A stretch of DNA of 64,000 bases from the NCBI RefSeq assembly GCF_002355595.1, contig NZ_AP017422.1:4900823-4964822 (forward strand), written 5' to 3'. The stretch is from Filimonas lacunae (GTDB taxonomy: Bacteria > Bacteroidota > Bacteroidia > Chitinophagales > Chitinophagaceae). Position numbers and translations under genes: made by a program. This document shows positions 39,571 through 49,192 of the stretch, piece after piece; position 1 is the first letter of the stretch, and each line of letters starts with the position of its first letter. Under the pieces are notes generated by a model that had not been told where the DNA came from, made no database searches, and was given only the letters and a program-made list of their open reading frames with translations.

Positions 39571-42205
39571 AATCTTGTATTTGAGTAATTAACGGCTGTA
39601 TAAAAGTATCATAAAACTCCTTCCCATTCATTTTCTCCAGCCAGCTCCCCGGCCCTTCAAAAGGTTTATAACGCTTGCTGCCTGTGTAACAGTAAGGGGT
39701 AGCCAACATTAATGAAGTTTCCAATTCAGGGGAAAAATACACGATAGGCTCCGTAGTCACTTTATTGATATACCCGGAAGCCCCAACATCTAGCAATTTT
39801 TGCAAAAAAAGCTCCGCCTGTTGTTTTCTATTTGTATGACACACCACAACAGGGCAGTTCTCTACCAGCTCAACCAAATTATTCAAGCCCATATACCAGC
39901 TCATACCCTCTTTCACCGTTTTAATAGTATACAACCTCTGCTCCCCCCGGCTGCTTAACACCAGCTCATACTTGCTTTGTCCTGCCGGTAATGCCCTTTT
40001 TATTTTTATCATTCCCTCTTTATCTACTGATACCTGGCTGCCATCAGCAAATTCAAAACAATGCTGCCGCTGGTTATATTGCGCAGCTATCCACACCCCA
40101 TCATCCTTCCTCGTACGCTCCAGTTGTATAGAACCATTTTCTTTTAACACCAGCCGATGGCTATTAAAAACCAACTTGCCACTGGAACTAACATATAACC
40201 GGGAAATATGGATTAACACATTCGAGCAACGCATCCACCACTGCTGCCACAAATCATTTATTTCCTGCTTCCTTTTTTCATAAATCGCCTGATACACTTC
40301 ACTGTATCCCTGGTGCATGGCGAATTGTAAGCCATCTTCCAGGGTAAACACTGCAATACTATTTGCCGTTACATGATAAAAAGCCCCCTCATAACACAAG
40401 AACCCATCCGGTATGTTACTACGGTAATACATTTTCTGACTGCCGCCAGTTTGCAGGTTAATTACCTCTACTTCACTTACCTGTTTTTTAAAACAAAACA
40501 AGTATTCCACACCATCCTTTCCCTTACCAGCTACATACGTTATTACGTGAGAAGGTAATTTTAAAGGCAATAGTTTCATCGGATATCCTATATCACTTTT
40601 ATACACCTGAAACAGTTGCCTATGCTTAGACACGATATACGCCTTCTCATCAGATGCCAACAAGTGCAGCACATACTTACGGGCAGGATATAGTAAAGGA
40701 CAACGATCCAGTGTGTCGCCAATGGGCATATCCGTTTTTGGCACCAACACCTTTTCCTGCTTCGGGACACGAGACACCAGTTTCTTAGACCATAGTTTTT
40801 CCAATGGCAACTGCATCTGTTGTACCAATTGCTGCCCCTGGCGTTTGTTTTTCCATACAGATACACGCCCGCTGCCGTTTACCGTTATCCAGTACTTAAA
40901 AACCGAATAATGAAGGCGAATTACCTGTTGCACTTCTTCATGCCTGGCTGCTGCTTCTGTAGAAATAAATATAATTTCCATCCGGTCAGTGGGTTGCCTT
41001 CCGGCAAAAAACTGCTGTAACCCACTGGCAGCATGTACGCCTGTATCCATCTGCCGTAAACTGTTTTCTATCTCCTCTGTGGTTTGATATAACACTTCCC
41101 GGCATTGCTTGCCAATCGCATAAAGATGGCAGTTCATATCTGTTTTAGGATGCCTGCCAATAGCTATACCTAATGCATAAGCCAGTTGCCTGGGTACTCC
41201 CCAGTTTTTAAGCGACACATCCAGCAGTATCACCCTTTCCGTGTCATCGGCCACCGGAGGCACCTCGCGCTGGTAATACAACGCTTCGTTATTGGCCAGC
41301 CGGGAAAGCAACAACACTTCTTCATTGGCAAATTCAGATACCAGCAAGCCTTCTAAACTCCCCTTGTTGGTGATATCCGTGATACCGCCTAACGGTTGCG
41401 CGCCGGGCTGGTACATATGTAAAGGAATACGCAAGCCTGCCCATACATGCCTTATCAAAGCGCCTACTGCAAAAGTGGCATCTTTGGCCAATAAAGTTTC
41501 TATCCAGGCTTCGGGTAGCATGCTATTTGTGGCCAGTTCTTCTTCCCATTCCGGTACCGGCAATATTTCCTGCCCCGGCACAAGACCTTCCAGTATACTA
41601 TCTACTGTAGGATATTGTGCAGCCAGCTTTGCCAGGAAGGCAAAATCTCCTAGAAACTTTCTTATTGCCTCACCTTGACCGAATGTAAGTACCCGTACCA
41701 ATCCCTCACGCTCACGGCTATCTTTATAGTCACTCCTGAACAACTGCAACCATTGTGCTGTCCGGGGCATTGCAACAGGATGCCGGTTTTTCCTGAGAAG
41801 ATGTAATACCAACAGGCGCTTGTTGGGCCCCTGAGTATATTCTTTAGGTATCTCAGCTATATTTCTTATTAAGGCCCACCCTTTCACAAAAAGGCCATTC
41901 ACATCTGCCCCTTCTGCATCCCCTTTGGGTTCATTCTTCAAAAAATCTAACAGCAAGTGATCATGTAACTGATGTAAAGAAGCAGAAGTATTATTACCAC
42001 AGGCCATTAGTATCAGCAGCAATGCTCCCAGCGGCGGCCATCCCTGCACCTGCATATCTTCCAATATATTGCACAACTCTTCCTGGAATACAATAGTATT
42101 GCCCTCACGCAGGCTTATCACACTGGCATCATCCTGCCATGTCCACCAATAGCTGTGGCACTCACCAAAATAAGTAGAAAATTTTGCACCTATTAAACGC
42201 TCCAT
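39554..42205 (-). CDS. Large (883 aa) MoxR-associated protein with a cryptic vWA-like central domain; paralog 2
   Basis: Long conserved blocks are shared with the upstream 877-aa protein (QGWPPLGALL, GALIRHVWAGLRIP, DITNKGSLEGLLVSEFANEEVLLLSRLANNEALYYQREVPP, ILLDVSLKNWGVPRQLAYALGIAIGRHPK, MDTGVHAASGLQQFF). The DVSLK...MDTG...IIFIST spacing resembles the vWA beta1-MIDAS, T-loop and beta4 elements. Confidence 0.5.
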   Translation of the reverse strand: MERLIGAKFSTYFGECHSYWWTWQDDASVISLREGNTIVFQEELCNILEDMQVQGWPPLGALLLILMACGNNTSASLHQLHDHLLLDFLKNEPKGDAEGADVNGLFVKGWALIRNIAEIPKEYTQGPNKRLLVLHLLRKNRHPVAMPRTAQWLQLFRSDYKDSREREGLVRVLTFGQGEAIRKFLGDFAFLAKLAAQYPTVDSILEGLVPGQEILPVPEWEEELATNSMLPEAWIETLLAKDATFAVGALIRHVWAGLRIPLHMYQPGAQPLGGITDITNKGSLEGLLVSEFANEEVLLLSRLANNEALYYQREVPPVADDTERVILLDVSLKNWGVPRQLAYALGIAIGRHPKTDMNCHLYAIGKQCREVLYQTTEEIENSLRQMDTGVHAASGLQQFFAGRQPTDRMEIIFISTEAAARHEEVQQVIRLHYSVFKYWITVNGSGRVSVWKNKRQGQQLVQQMQLPLEKLWSKKLVSRVPKQEKVLVPKTDMPIGDTLDRCPLLYPARKYVLHLLASDEKAYIVSKHRQLFQVYKSDIGYPMKLLPLKLPSHVITYVAGKGKDGVEYLFCFKKQVSEVEVINLQTGGSQKMYYRSNIPDGFLCYEGAFYHVTANSIAVFTLEDGLQFAMHQGYSEVYQAIYEKRKQEINDLWQQWWMRCSNVLIHISRLYVSSSGKLVFNSHRLVLKENGSIQLERTRKDDGVWIAAQYNQRQHCFEFADGSQVSVDKEGMIKIKRALPAGQSKYELVLSSRGEQRLYTIKTVKEGMSWYMGLNNLVELVENCPVVVCHTNRKQQAELFLQKLLDVGASGYINKVTTEPIVYFSPELETSLMLATPYCYTGSKRYKPFEGPGSWLEKMNGKEFYDTFIQPLITQIQDYAASS

Positions 42206-42207
42206 AC

Positions 42208-44841
42208 TTAACCACGGTTTACATTTTCAGCCAATGTACGTATGTTGCCTATAAACACATCTATATACCTTATATAAAATGGTCTGGGATCCCATCTTGT
42301 CAAAGAGACATGAGAAGGTTTGTAATAGACATTGCCAGTAAAATAATGGGTGGTTGACACTCCTAAACTTGTGTTCACCACCGCAGGAATAAACAGAAAA
42401 TATTCTGGCTTATTAGACTCTATTACTACATCAATACCATGCTGTTTCATTTCCTTTTGAAAAAGAACCGCATTGTTATCCATGTTATTATATGACTCCA
42501 GCACTACAGGGCAATGATTTAACATACTCCCATAGTGCATCATTTTCTGATCCCTATCTTTTTTACCTATCAGGCTTAATCTGTCAGCATGTTCCGTCCG
42601 GTGCACCACAGCACTCACAAAGCCTACACCTAAAGCTTCTTTACTTTTCAATACCAGCATTCCATTATCGTCCATGGCAATACTACTGCCATCCGGAAAA
42701 ACAAAGCAACTCTCTTTCTCCAACCGGATAGCCGTGATAGCTATCTGCTTTTTTTCCTCATCAGCTTCCAGCAATTTGATACCTACATCTACCAGAGATA
42801 AAACATATCTATTGTTCAATAATAACTGCCCGGATTTATTAACTGCCACATGTGTTAACCCACCCAGTGGTGCTTTATTGCTTACCCTGTAAAGTAAATC
42901 CACCTGCTGCTGATAAGTACGATACGCCTCTTCCGCCTGTAGCTGGTTCTCCTCTCCGGCAAAAGGATCATATCCACGCTTATACTTTTTAGCTGCCGCT
43001 TTCCGAGTTATAATATCCACAGTAACACATCCATCCACACATGTTATCACCAGCGCATTTTCATAGAAAAAGGCAGGGGCAAACAACTCTTCCTCACGCA
43101 GTTTTACTGTATACAGCGATCCCGTAAGTAAATCAATTAACAACACATCATTGACGCTGTAATCGATACAAAATAATATGTGTTCATTGCCGTTGAAGGT
43201 ACCCATTACATATTCCCATTGCCCTTGTGGCAACAACACGGGCAATAATCTCCAGCCTTTACTGCCAGGAGATTCTGCATGCCTGCTATCCAGTTGAAAA
43301 ATGCGGTTGCCTTTAATCACATACACTTCATTGGTTGCCATATTGCCTATCATCACACCTTCCCCGGTAAAAAAATGAGGATATAACAACGGACTATCCG
43401 GCAGCACTTCCCGCTTTGCCACATCTACCCGCACAGGCGGCTTTTCTTTTGCAGGCTGCCGCTTTTCCCAAAGCTCCTGCAAAGGCAACATCAGGCGTTG
43501 CATCTCCCGCCTGTTCTTATGCATGTTTTTGCTGAGTATAAGTTCGCCGCTGGCTTCAGCGGTTATAAAATAACTTACCAGGTGCTCATATTCACTGAAC
43601 ACCTTTAACACAGCTGGATGCTTGCTGGCATGCCGGGTGGAGATGTGTATAACTTCCATCTTCTTTTCCCGGGCGTTTGTTTTAAAAAACAGCTGTAAAC
43701 CCTCTGCGGCATGTAGGCTGGTATCCATTTGCTGCAGGCTGTTAACAACAGAATCTACAGTACTAAAGTCCAGCGCCAAACAGGTATTGCCAACTCCATA
43801 TATTTCGCAAGCGGTATTGCGTTTGGGGTGCCTGTCTATAGCCAATGCTATGGCGTAGGCCAGGGTACGCGGCGTGCCCCAGTTTTTTAAAGAAACATCT
43901 ATTACGATGGCTCGTATAATATCATCTTTTTCGGGCGGCGGTTCTTTATGTAAATACAAAGCTTCGCTGTTAGCCAACCTGGATAACATCACCATATCTT
44001 CATTGGCTAACTCGGAGGTTAACAGTTTATCAAAGTTGCCTTTGTTGGTGATATCCTGCACGCCGCCCAGCAATAATTCGCTCTCCTGCGGATGATATAC
44101 CGGAATGCGCAAACCCGACCATAGGTATTCTATCAACGCACCTATCTGGAAGGTACGGGAATGAGCTATGAGTTGTTGTATAAAGCTACCGGAAACACTT
44201 TCACTGGTCATATCTTCTTCGGGCACTTCCGGCATTCCCCCTATCAACGGCCAGGACATCTGGTCTGCTTTCTGCATTATAGCGCTTGCATTGGCAAACT
44301 TCCTGGCCATTAAAGCAATACACCTGAAATCATGCTCGCAATGCCGCAAAGCAGCACGAAAGGGTATTTTTTCAATCTCAGTAACATCATGTATCAGCAG
44401 CAAACGAATACGACTGTTAATGGATTTTGCTTTCTGAGCCGACAACATATTGTGGCAATAGGTAAAAATAGCCTGCATTACCATCAGCCGCTTCGCCCCT
44501 TTTTTATAGGCAGGTGGTAAATCCATCAAAGCCATATACACCGTTTTTACACTCACCCAATCTACCTGATCTAACACTTCTGTGGCATATTCCAACTGGG
44601 TGTTGAGCCGCCACTCTTCCATTTTCAGTAATAATGCTCTGGCCCCTTCTCCGGTGGCCGCCAGCGCTATCAACAGAGCCCCAAAAGGTGGCCATCCCTG
44701 TGTAGATAAAAGGCCCAGCACTTCACATACATATTCGTTAGTGGCCACAAAACTGCCATTCCACCAATCGATGGCATTACCGGCTTCACTTACCCGCCAG
44801 AAATAATCCGGTGAAATAGCTATGTACTTTTTTTCCTCCAT
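42208..44841 (-). CDS. Large (877 aa) MoxR-associated protein with a cryptic vWA-like central domain; paralog 1
   Basis: Paralog of the 39554-42205 protein (see that entry). The vWA-like core is AIVIDVSLKNWGTPRTLAYAIALAIDRHPK...MDTSLHAAEGLQLFF...VIHISTRHA. Confidence 0.5.
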   Translation of the reverse strand: MEEKKYIAISPDYFWRVSEAGNAIDWWNGSFVATNEYVCEVLGLLSTQGWPPFGALLIALAATGEGARALLLKMEEWRLNTQLEYATEVLDQVDWVSVKTVYMALMDLPPAYKKGAKRLMVMQAIFTYCHNMLSAQKAKSINSRIRLLLIHDVTEIEKIPFRAALRHCEHDFRCIALMARKFANASAIMQKADQMSWPLIGGMPEVPEEDMTSESVSGSFIQQLIAHSRTFQIGALIEYLWSGLRIPVYHPQESELLLGGVQDITNKGNFDKLLTSELANEDMVMLSRLANSEALYLHKEPPPEKDDIIRAIVIDVSLKNWGTPRTLAYAIALAIDRHPKRNTACEIYGVGNTCLALDFSTVDSVVNSLQQMDTSLHAAEGLQLFFKTNAREKKMEVIHISTRHASKHPAVLKVFSEYEHLVSYFITAEASGELILSKNMHKNRREMQRLMLPLQELWEKRQPAKEKPPVRVDVAKREVLPDSPLLYPHFFTGEGVMIGNMATNEVYVIKGNRIFQLDSRHAESPGSKGWRLLPVLLPQGQWEYVMGTFNGNEHILFCIDYSVNDVLLIDLLTGSLYTVKLREEELFAPAFFYENALVITCVDGCVTVDIITRKAAAKKYKRGYDPFAGEENQLQAEEAYRTYQQQVDLLYRVSNKAPLGGLTHVAVNKSGQLLLNNRYVLSLVDVGIKLLEADEEKKQIAITAIRLEKESCFVFPDGSSIAMDDNGMLVLKSKEALGVGFVSAVVHRTEHADRLSLIGKKDRDQKMMHYGSMLNHCPVVLESYNNMDNNAVLFQKEMKQHGIDVVIESNKPEYFLFIPAVVNTSLGVSTTHYFTGNVYYKPSHVSLTRWDPRPFYIRYIDVFIGNIRTLAENVNRG

Positions 44842-45596
44842 TACCCTTCACTTCTTTTTTGAGTAGTAATCCGTTGCATACTTAAACGGAAGGAACTAAT
44901 CGTTAAAGGCTGCAATTGCTGGGGAGCAATAGGTAACCAACTGCCTTCTTTTTGCCATAGCACCCAGTTATAATGGTCTTTCATATTACTACTAATCACT
45001 TCCGATAATATGCGCCATTCAAAATCGTAACCAACAGGTAGCAGAAAACGCTCATCCTTCCACAATACCTCTCCTTGCACGGGTAATAAAGGCACCCCTA
45101 TAACACAAGCGGTATGGTTATCCAGTATTATCCATTGCAGGGGCTGCAAACGCACAGCAGGCGCGGTTTCTATATAAGCCTGCAACACCTCCAGTTTCAC
45201 CAGCATCGCATATGCCTGCCTTTCCAGCTGGCTGGGCACCAGTGTAACTGGTATCGACTGCTGAATACCAAAGTAGTTGTGATTAAAGCCGGGCAGTGTA
45301 ACCCCTAAGCCTTTGGCTATAGGCTGCCAGTGTAAACCGGCAGGCATTGACTGTACCGGCACCAGTTTTCCAGCCGGAAACAGTTGCTGTTGTTTACAGT
45401 AATAGATAGTGATAAAAGGAATGCTTTTCACTGCCGTACTATCCAGCTGTTGCGGTGTAAAATCCTTTACCCAGCAATGCTCCCCCTCCTCTGCTATGCT
45501 CAGATTATCCCAATGCCTTATCCGCCCCAGGTAATGCCTGTGCGGCAGGGCCAGATGCAGCAGCCAGGTTATAGGGTTTGCAGCATCCTCTGCCAT
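44841..45596 (-). CDS. Hypothetical protein, operon member
   Basis: 251 aa. Its start overlaps the ATPase gene by 28 bp and its stop overlaps the next gene by 1 bp, so it is translationally coupled. Confidence 0.4.
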   Translation of the reverse strand: MAEDAANPITWLLHLALPHRHYLGRIRHWDNLSIAEEGEHCWVKDFTPQQLDSTAVKSIPFITIYYCKQQQLFPAGKLVPVQSMPAGLHWQPIAKGLGVTLPGFNHNYFGIQQSIPVTLVPSQLERQAYAMLVKLEVLQAYIETAPAVRLQPLQWIILDNHTACVIGVPLLPVQGEVLWKDERFLLPVGYDFEWRILSEVISSNMKDHYNWVLWQKEGSWLPIAPQQLQPLTISSFRLSMQRITTQKRSEG

Positions 45597-46699
45597 AACG
45601 CATCAATTTCCTTTTGAATAAATTGCTTTTGTTCCGCATCACTCACCCAATCGCACCGGGTTTGCACATAACGCAGCTTATCTTTCACTACATTCTGTTC
45701 TTCCGGCGACAAAGTGCTGTCGTTCCATTTCTGCACCAGCAAGGTCACCTCCTTCATTACCTCTTCGGCCTGCGGCACCTTATTGGTTAACGCCTGCGGA
45801 TGTGCAGTAGCTGCCGGCTCTTTTTCAATAATATTATTAATAATACCCGCCAGTATTTCTATCTGTTCTTCCGTATCCCATATATATTTCAGCACCCACA
45901 GATCGGACAGTTCCGCTACCTGGCGTTTACAGATCAATGCACTGGCCGCAATCAGGTTCTGCAACTTCACGGCACGGCGGTCGCTCACCTTAATGCCGGT
46001 GTTACGCAGACTATGAATGACATCTATATACTGCTTACGCACCGGTGCAATATCCACCTGGCGGCAAGCCTGTTGTAATTCTATAATAGCCTGCGGGCTA
46101 ATTACCGGTTGCTGTTCTTTTGCACGGCTTTCCATATTCCAGCCGGCCAGCAACACTTCGTGCAATCTGTCGGGGTTTACATAATCACACTTCACCCGTA
46201 TCAGAAACCTGTCCAGCAAGGCACTCAGCGCATCATCTTCAGGCAGCAGGTTACTGGCCCCTACAAACATCAGCGCAGGCAGCTTGCGGGTTTCTTTACC
46301 ACGGCGGAACAGTTTTTCGTTCAGCGCCATTAACAAGCTGTTTAAGATGGCGCTGTTGGCATTGAATATTTCATCTAAAAACACCAGCGATGCTTCGGGC
46401 ATCATGCCTTCGGTATTGGTTACCAGCTCGCCTTCTTTTAACCGGCGGATATCGAAAGGCCCGAATATTTCGTTGGGCTCGGTAAAACGGGTTAACAGGT
46501 ATTCAAAGTTCTTACCTCCTTCCAGGCATTCGCACAACAAGCGCACAATAGCACTTTTAGCGGTACCGGGAGGGCCTAATAAAAACAGGTTTTCGCGCGC
46601 TACCAGGCCTATGCCCAACAAATCGGCAATATCATCTTTACCCACAAAATTTTGTTTGATATAAGCCAGCACGGCATTCAGCTCATCTATCTGCTTCAT
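45569..46699 (-). CDS. RavA-like MoxR-family AAA+ ATPase
   Basis: Walker A LFLLGPPGTAKSAIVRLL and Walker B/sensor LVFLDEIFNANSAILNSLLMALNE. The block FEYLLTRFTEPNEIFGPFDIRRLKEGE closely parallels E. coli RavA ([27 protein letters not shown]). Confidence 0.8.
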   Translation of the reverse strand: MKQIDELNAVLAYIKQNFVGKDDIADLLGIGLVARENLFLLGPPGTAKSAIVRLLCECLEGGKNFEYLLTRFTEPNEIFGPFDIRRLKEGELVTNTEGMMPEASLVFLDEIFNANSAILNSLLMALNEKLFRRGKETRKLPALMFVGASNLLPEDDALSALLDRFLIRVKCDYVNPDRLHEVLLAGWNMESRAKEQQPVISPQAIIELQQACRQVDIAPVRKQYIDVIHSLRNTGIKVSDRRAVKLQNLIAASALICKRQVAELSDLWVLKYIWDTEEQIEILAGIINNIIEKEPAATAHPQALTNKVPQAEEVMKEVTLLVQKWNDSTLSPEEQNVVKDKLRYVQTRCDWVSDAEQKQFIQKEIDALWQRMLQTL

Positions 46700-46706
46700 A
46701 TAAACG

Positions 46707-47333
46707 TTATAAGTCTTTCCAGAAATAAGTAGTGTAATTGCCCATAGCCGCCATTACCCAAGGCTGCCACAACGGGTGTGTTGCCAGTGGTTTGTATTGG
46801 TATTGTATAATCCTGTTTACATACAATTGGCGTAAACAGTTATGTCGTAGTGCTATTTCCAATAGCTCATTCTCTATCCCTAACTCCAGGCCAATACCCG
46901 AATAATGCCAGCGCGTTAACACCTGCTCCAGCAAAGGAATCAGCACATCTTCTGCATCAATAGCCTGTAGCTGTTTAATAATCTGTGGCAAAAAGCGCAA
47001 ACAGAGATCTGCACTTAACATAGCCCCTTCCGTAACCGGGCCGGTATAGGACGGCAGCAGCGTGGGTATCTCTTCCACATGGTGTTTACGATCGAGCAAT
47101 AATAAAGAAGCCGTATACACCACCTGTGCCCCCCACAAAGCAGCAGCGCCATCAAACACCGGGGCGGTGCCGGGATATTCCAGGCATTCATTGCCATATT
47201 CCATTTCCAGAAAATGCGTCAGCAGTTCTTTATCTTCTTCCAACGGTGGCGTGTAGGAGGTATGCAGCAGAATTTCTTCGTGATTACGCAGATGGTAAAT
47301 GGTGTCCAGGAAAAAGTTGTTCAGAGTTGTCAT
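46707..47333 (-). CDS. Hypothetical protein, first gene of the MoxR operon
   Basis: 208 aa ending 7 bp upstream of the ATPase start. Confidence 0.4.
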   Translation of the reverse strand: MTTLNNFFLDTIYHLRNHEEILLHTSYTPPLEEDKELLTHFLEMEYGNECLEYPGTAPVFDGAAALWGAQVVYTASLLLLDRKHHVEEIPTLLPSYTGPVTEGAMLSADLCLRFLPQIIKQLQAIDAEDVLIPLLEQVLTRWHYSGIGLELGIENELLEIALRHNCLRQLYVNRIIQYQYKPLATHPLWQPWVMAAMGNYTTYFWKDL

Positions 47334-47414
47334 TCTATCAGGGGGAATGCTTCAAATATAAGCATTTTAGCCGCGGCTACTGCCTAAAAACGGGTTAGCT
47401 TTGCGTCAACTTTT

Positions 47415-48236
47415 ATGAAACGTTTGCAGTTACACAATCAATGGGTATTACTTACCGGCGCATCGGCCGGACTAGGACAGGAAATGGCCCGTCAGCTGGC
47501 ATTTGAACACAAAGCCAATTTAATAATAGTAGCCCGCCGGGCCGAAAAGCTGGAATTGCTGAAAGCCATGCTGGAAAAAGAAGCCGGCGTGCAGGTAAGG
47601 GTAATTGCTGCCGACCTGTCGATACCTGCGGATGTGGAGCGTGTACTGGATCAAAGCCTGGCAGGCGGACAGTTGTATGGCGCTATTCTCAATGCCGGCC
47701 TTACCTTTTTTGGCCGCCATACGGATTTACCCTGGGATCATTTCAACGCCATGCTGCAAACCAATGTGGTAAGTGTGCTGCGTATGACCAGCCGTTTGGT
47801 ACAGCACTTTGAAAGCAGTGGTAAGGAAGGTGGTGTAATGGTAGTATCCAGCATGGCCGCGTTATACCCTGTACCCTACCAGGCCGCTTATTCGGCCACT
47901 AAGGCCTTTTTGTTAAGCTTTGCCAATGCCCTTTCGCACGAGCTTCAAAACAAACAGTTTTCTATCACCGCTTATACCCCCGCAGGCATTGCTACGGAAA
48001 TGACCGAAGGCGAAGCTTTTCATGGTTTAAAAAGCTGGCTGATGCCGGTGCAACAGGCTGCCAAAGAAGGCCTGCAGGCTTTTATCACCCGCAAGCACAG
48101 TTATATACCAGGCGTGTTAAACAGACTTGGTAGTAAGTTTATGCACCTGCTGCCTAAACGTTTTGTGGCAGGCCAGATGGGTAAAATTTATTACAAGGCC
48201 TTGCTGCAAAGTGAAGCTGCCGCTAAAAAACCATAA
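47415..48236 (+). CDS. SDR-family oxidoreductase
   Basis: LTGASAGLGQEMARQLA Rossmann motif and a YSATK catalytic motif; 273 aa. Confidence 0.8.
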   Translation: MKRLQLHNQWVLLTGASAGLGQEMARQLAFEHKANLIIVARRAEKLELLKAMLEKEAGVQVRVIAADLSIPADVERVLDQSLAGGQLYGAILNAGLTFFGRHTDLPWDHFNAMLQTNVVSVLRMTSRLVQHFESSGKEGGVMVVSSMAALYPVPYQAAYSATKAFLLSFANALSHELQNKQFSITAYTPAGIATEMTEGEAFHGLKSWLMPVQQAAKEGLQAFITRKHSYIPGVLNRLGSKFMHLLPKRFVAGQMGKIYYKALLQSEAAAKKP

Positions 48237-48238
48237 AC

Positions 48239-48841
48239 ATGCAACACACCTGGCTGCTGGCGCAAGAAGAAAAGGAACTGGTGCAAAATGCGCAGTGGCT
48301 GCTTACCAAGCAACGGGTGATTGAAAAAGTGTACGAACTATTCGGACAATTAAGCACCGCCTATACGCCTTTACTACAACAGTGCACGGCAGCCGATGCT
48401 GCCGTTAAAGCCGTATCGCCTAAAATTGCACGCGGCGAGTTTTACCGGCAGCTGCCTTATGTGGTACTGGACCAGCCCCGTTATTTTAAACAGGACGATG
48501 CCTTTGCCATCCGTTCTTTTTTCTGGTGGGGACACAGCTTTAGCATTCACCTGCACCTGGCGGGGCATTATAAAACCCTGCTTCAAAACGTATTGTCGCA
48601 AAAGTTAGCTGCCGGCCATTTGCAACAGTGGCAGGTGGCCACAGGTTCCGATCCCTGGCAGCATCATTTTGCCCCGGATACCTACATCCCTGTTACGCGC
48701 AATAACCACCCGGCTGTGCTGCAAACCTGGCAACAACAACCTTTCATAAAACTGGCCCGGGAACTTCCTTTGCAACAATGGGAACATGCCTATACCTTTT
48801 ACGTGGAGTCGTTTACGGCATTGATGGCCTTACTGGCCTAA
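48239..48841 (+). CDS. Hypothetical protein
   Basis: 200-aa ORF beginning 2 bp after the SDR stop (likely co-transcribed). No motif recognised. Confidence 0.4.
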   Translation: MQHTWLLAQEEKELVQNAQWLLTKQRVIEKVYELFGQLSTAYTPLLQQCTAADAAVKAVSPKIARGEFYRQLPYVVLDQPRYFKQDDAFAIRSFFWWGHSFSIHLHLAGHYKTLLQNVLSQKLAAGHLQQWQVATGSDPWQHHFAPDTYIPVTRNNHPAVLQTWQQQPFIKLARELPLQQWEHAYTFYVESFTALMALLA

Positions 48842-48847
48842 AAAAAC

Positions 48848-48885
48848 ATACCCCGTACGAAAACGGGGTATGAACTAAAAATCTA
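48848..48885. repeat. Hairpin repeat element copy 1 (ataccccgt-acgaaa-acggggtat + gaactaaaaatc)
   Basis: Perfect 9-bp stem with a GAAA-type loop, immediately followed by the 12-mer gaactaaaaatc. A second diverged copy lies about 300 bp downstream. Confidence 0.4.
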
Positions 48886-49149
48886 CGTTCCTAAAACACG
48901 AAGAGAACGTCAAATGTAGGAATTGTCCTGTGGCTTCCAAAACAATTGTCTACGACTTAATCAACTCCCTCGGTAGTTCTTAGGACGACTATCGCCACAC
49001 AGCATAAAAGAGCGATAACCGGACATATAAACATTTAGCATGTAGTTTGTTACATATAGAATCGTAAAACCCAACAGATATAACAGCTACAATTGGTATT
49101 TTTATAAAAGTTTTTTTCCTCTCCGCCATCCCCTTACATAAGGTACAAA

Positions 49150-49192
49150 AAACACCTCCCGCCCGAAAACGGAAGGTGAACTAAAAATCCAT
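49150..49192. repeat. Hairpin repeat element copy 2 (cacctcccgcccgaaaacggaaggtg + gaactaaaaatc)
   Basis: Imperfect stem around the same cgaaaacgg core, followed by the identical 12-mer gaactaaaaatc. It lies about 60 bp upstream of the SET gene start. Confidence 0.4.

Noticed and set aside
48850-48885. Hairpin after the 48239-48841 gene considered as a simple rho-independent terminator
   Set aside because: The perfect stem is followed by an A-rich tract (gaactaaaaatc), not a T-tract. A near-copy also recurs 300 bp downstream. It is therefore reported as a repeat element instead.
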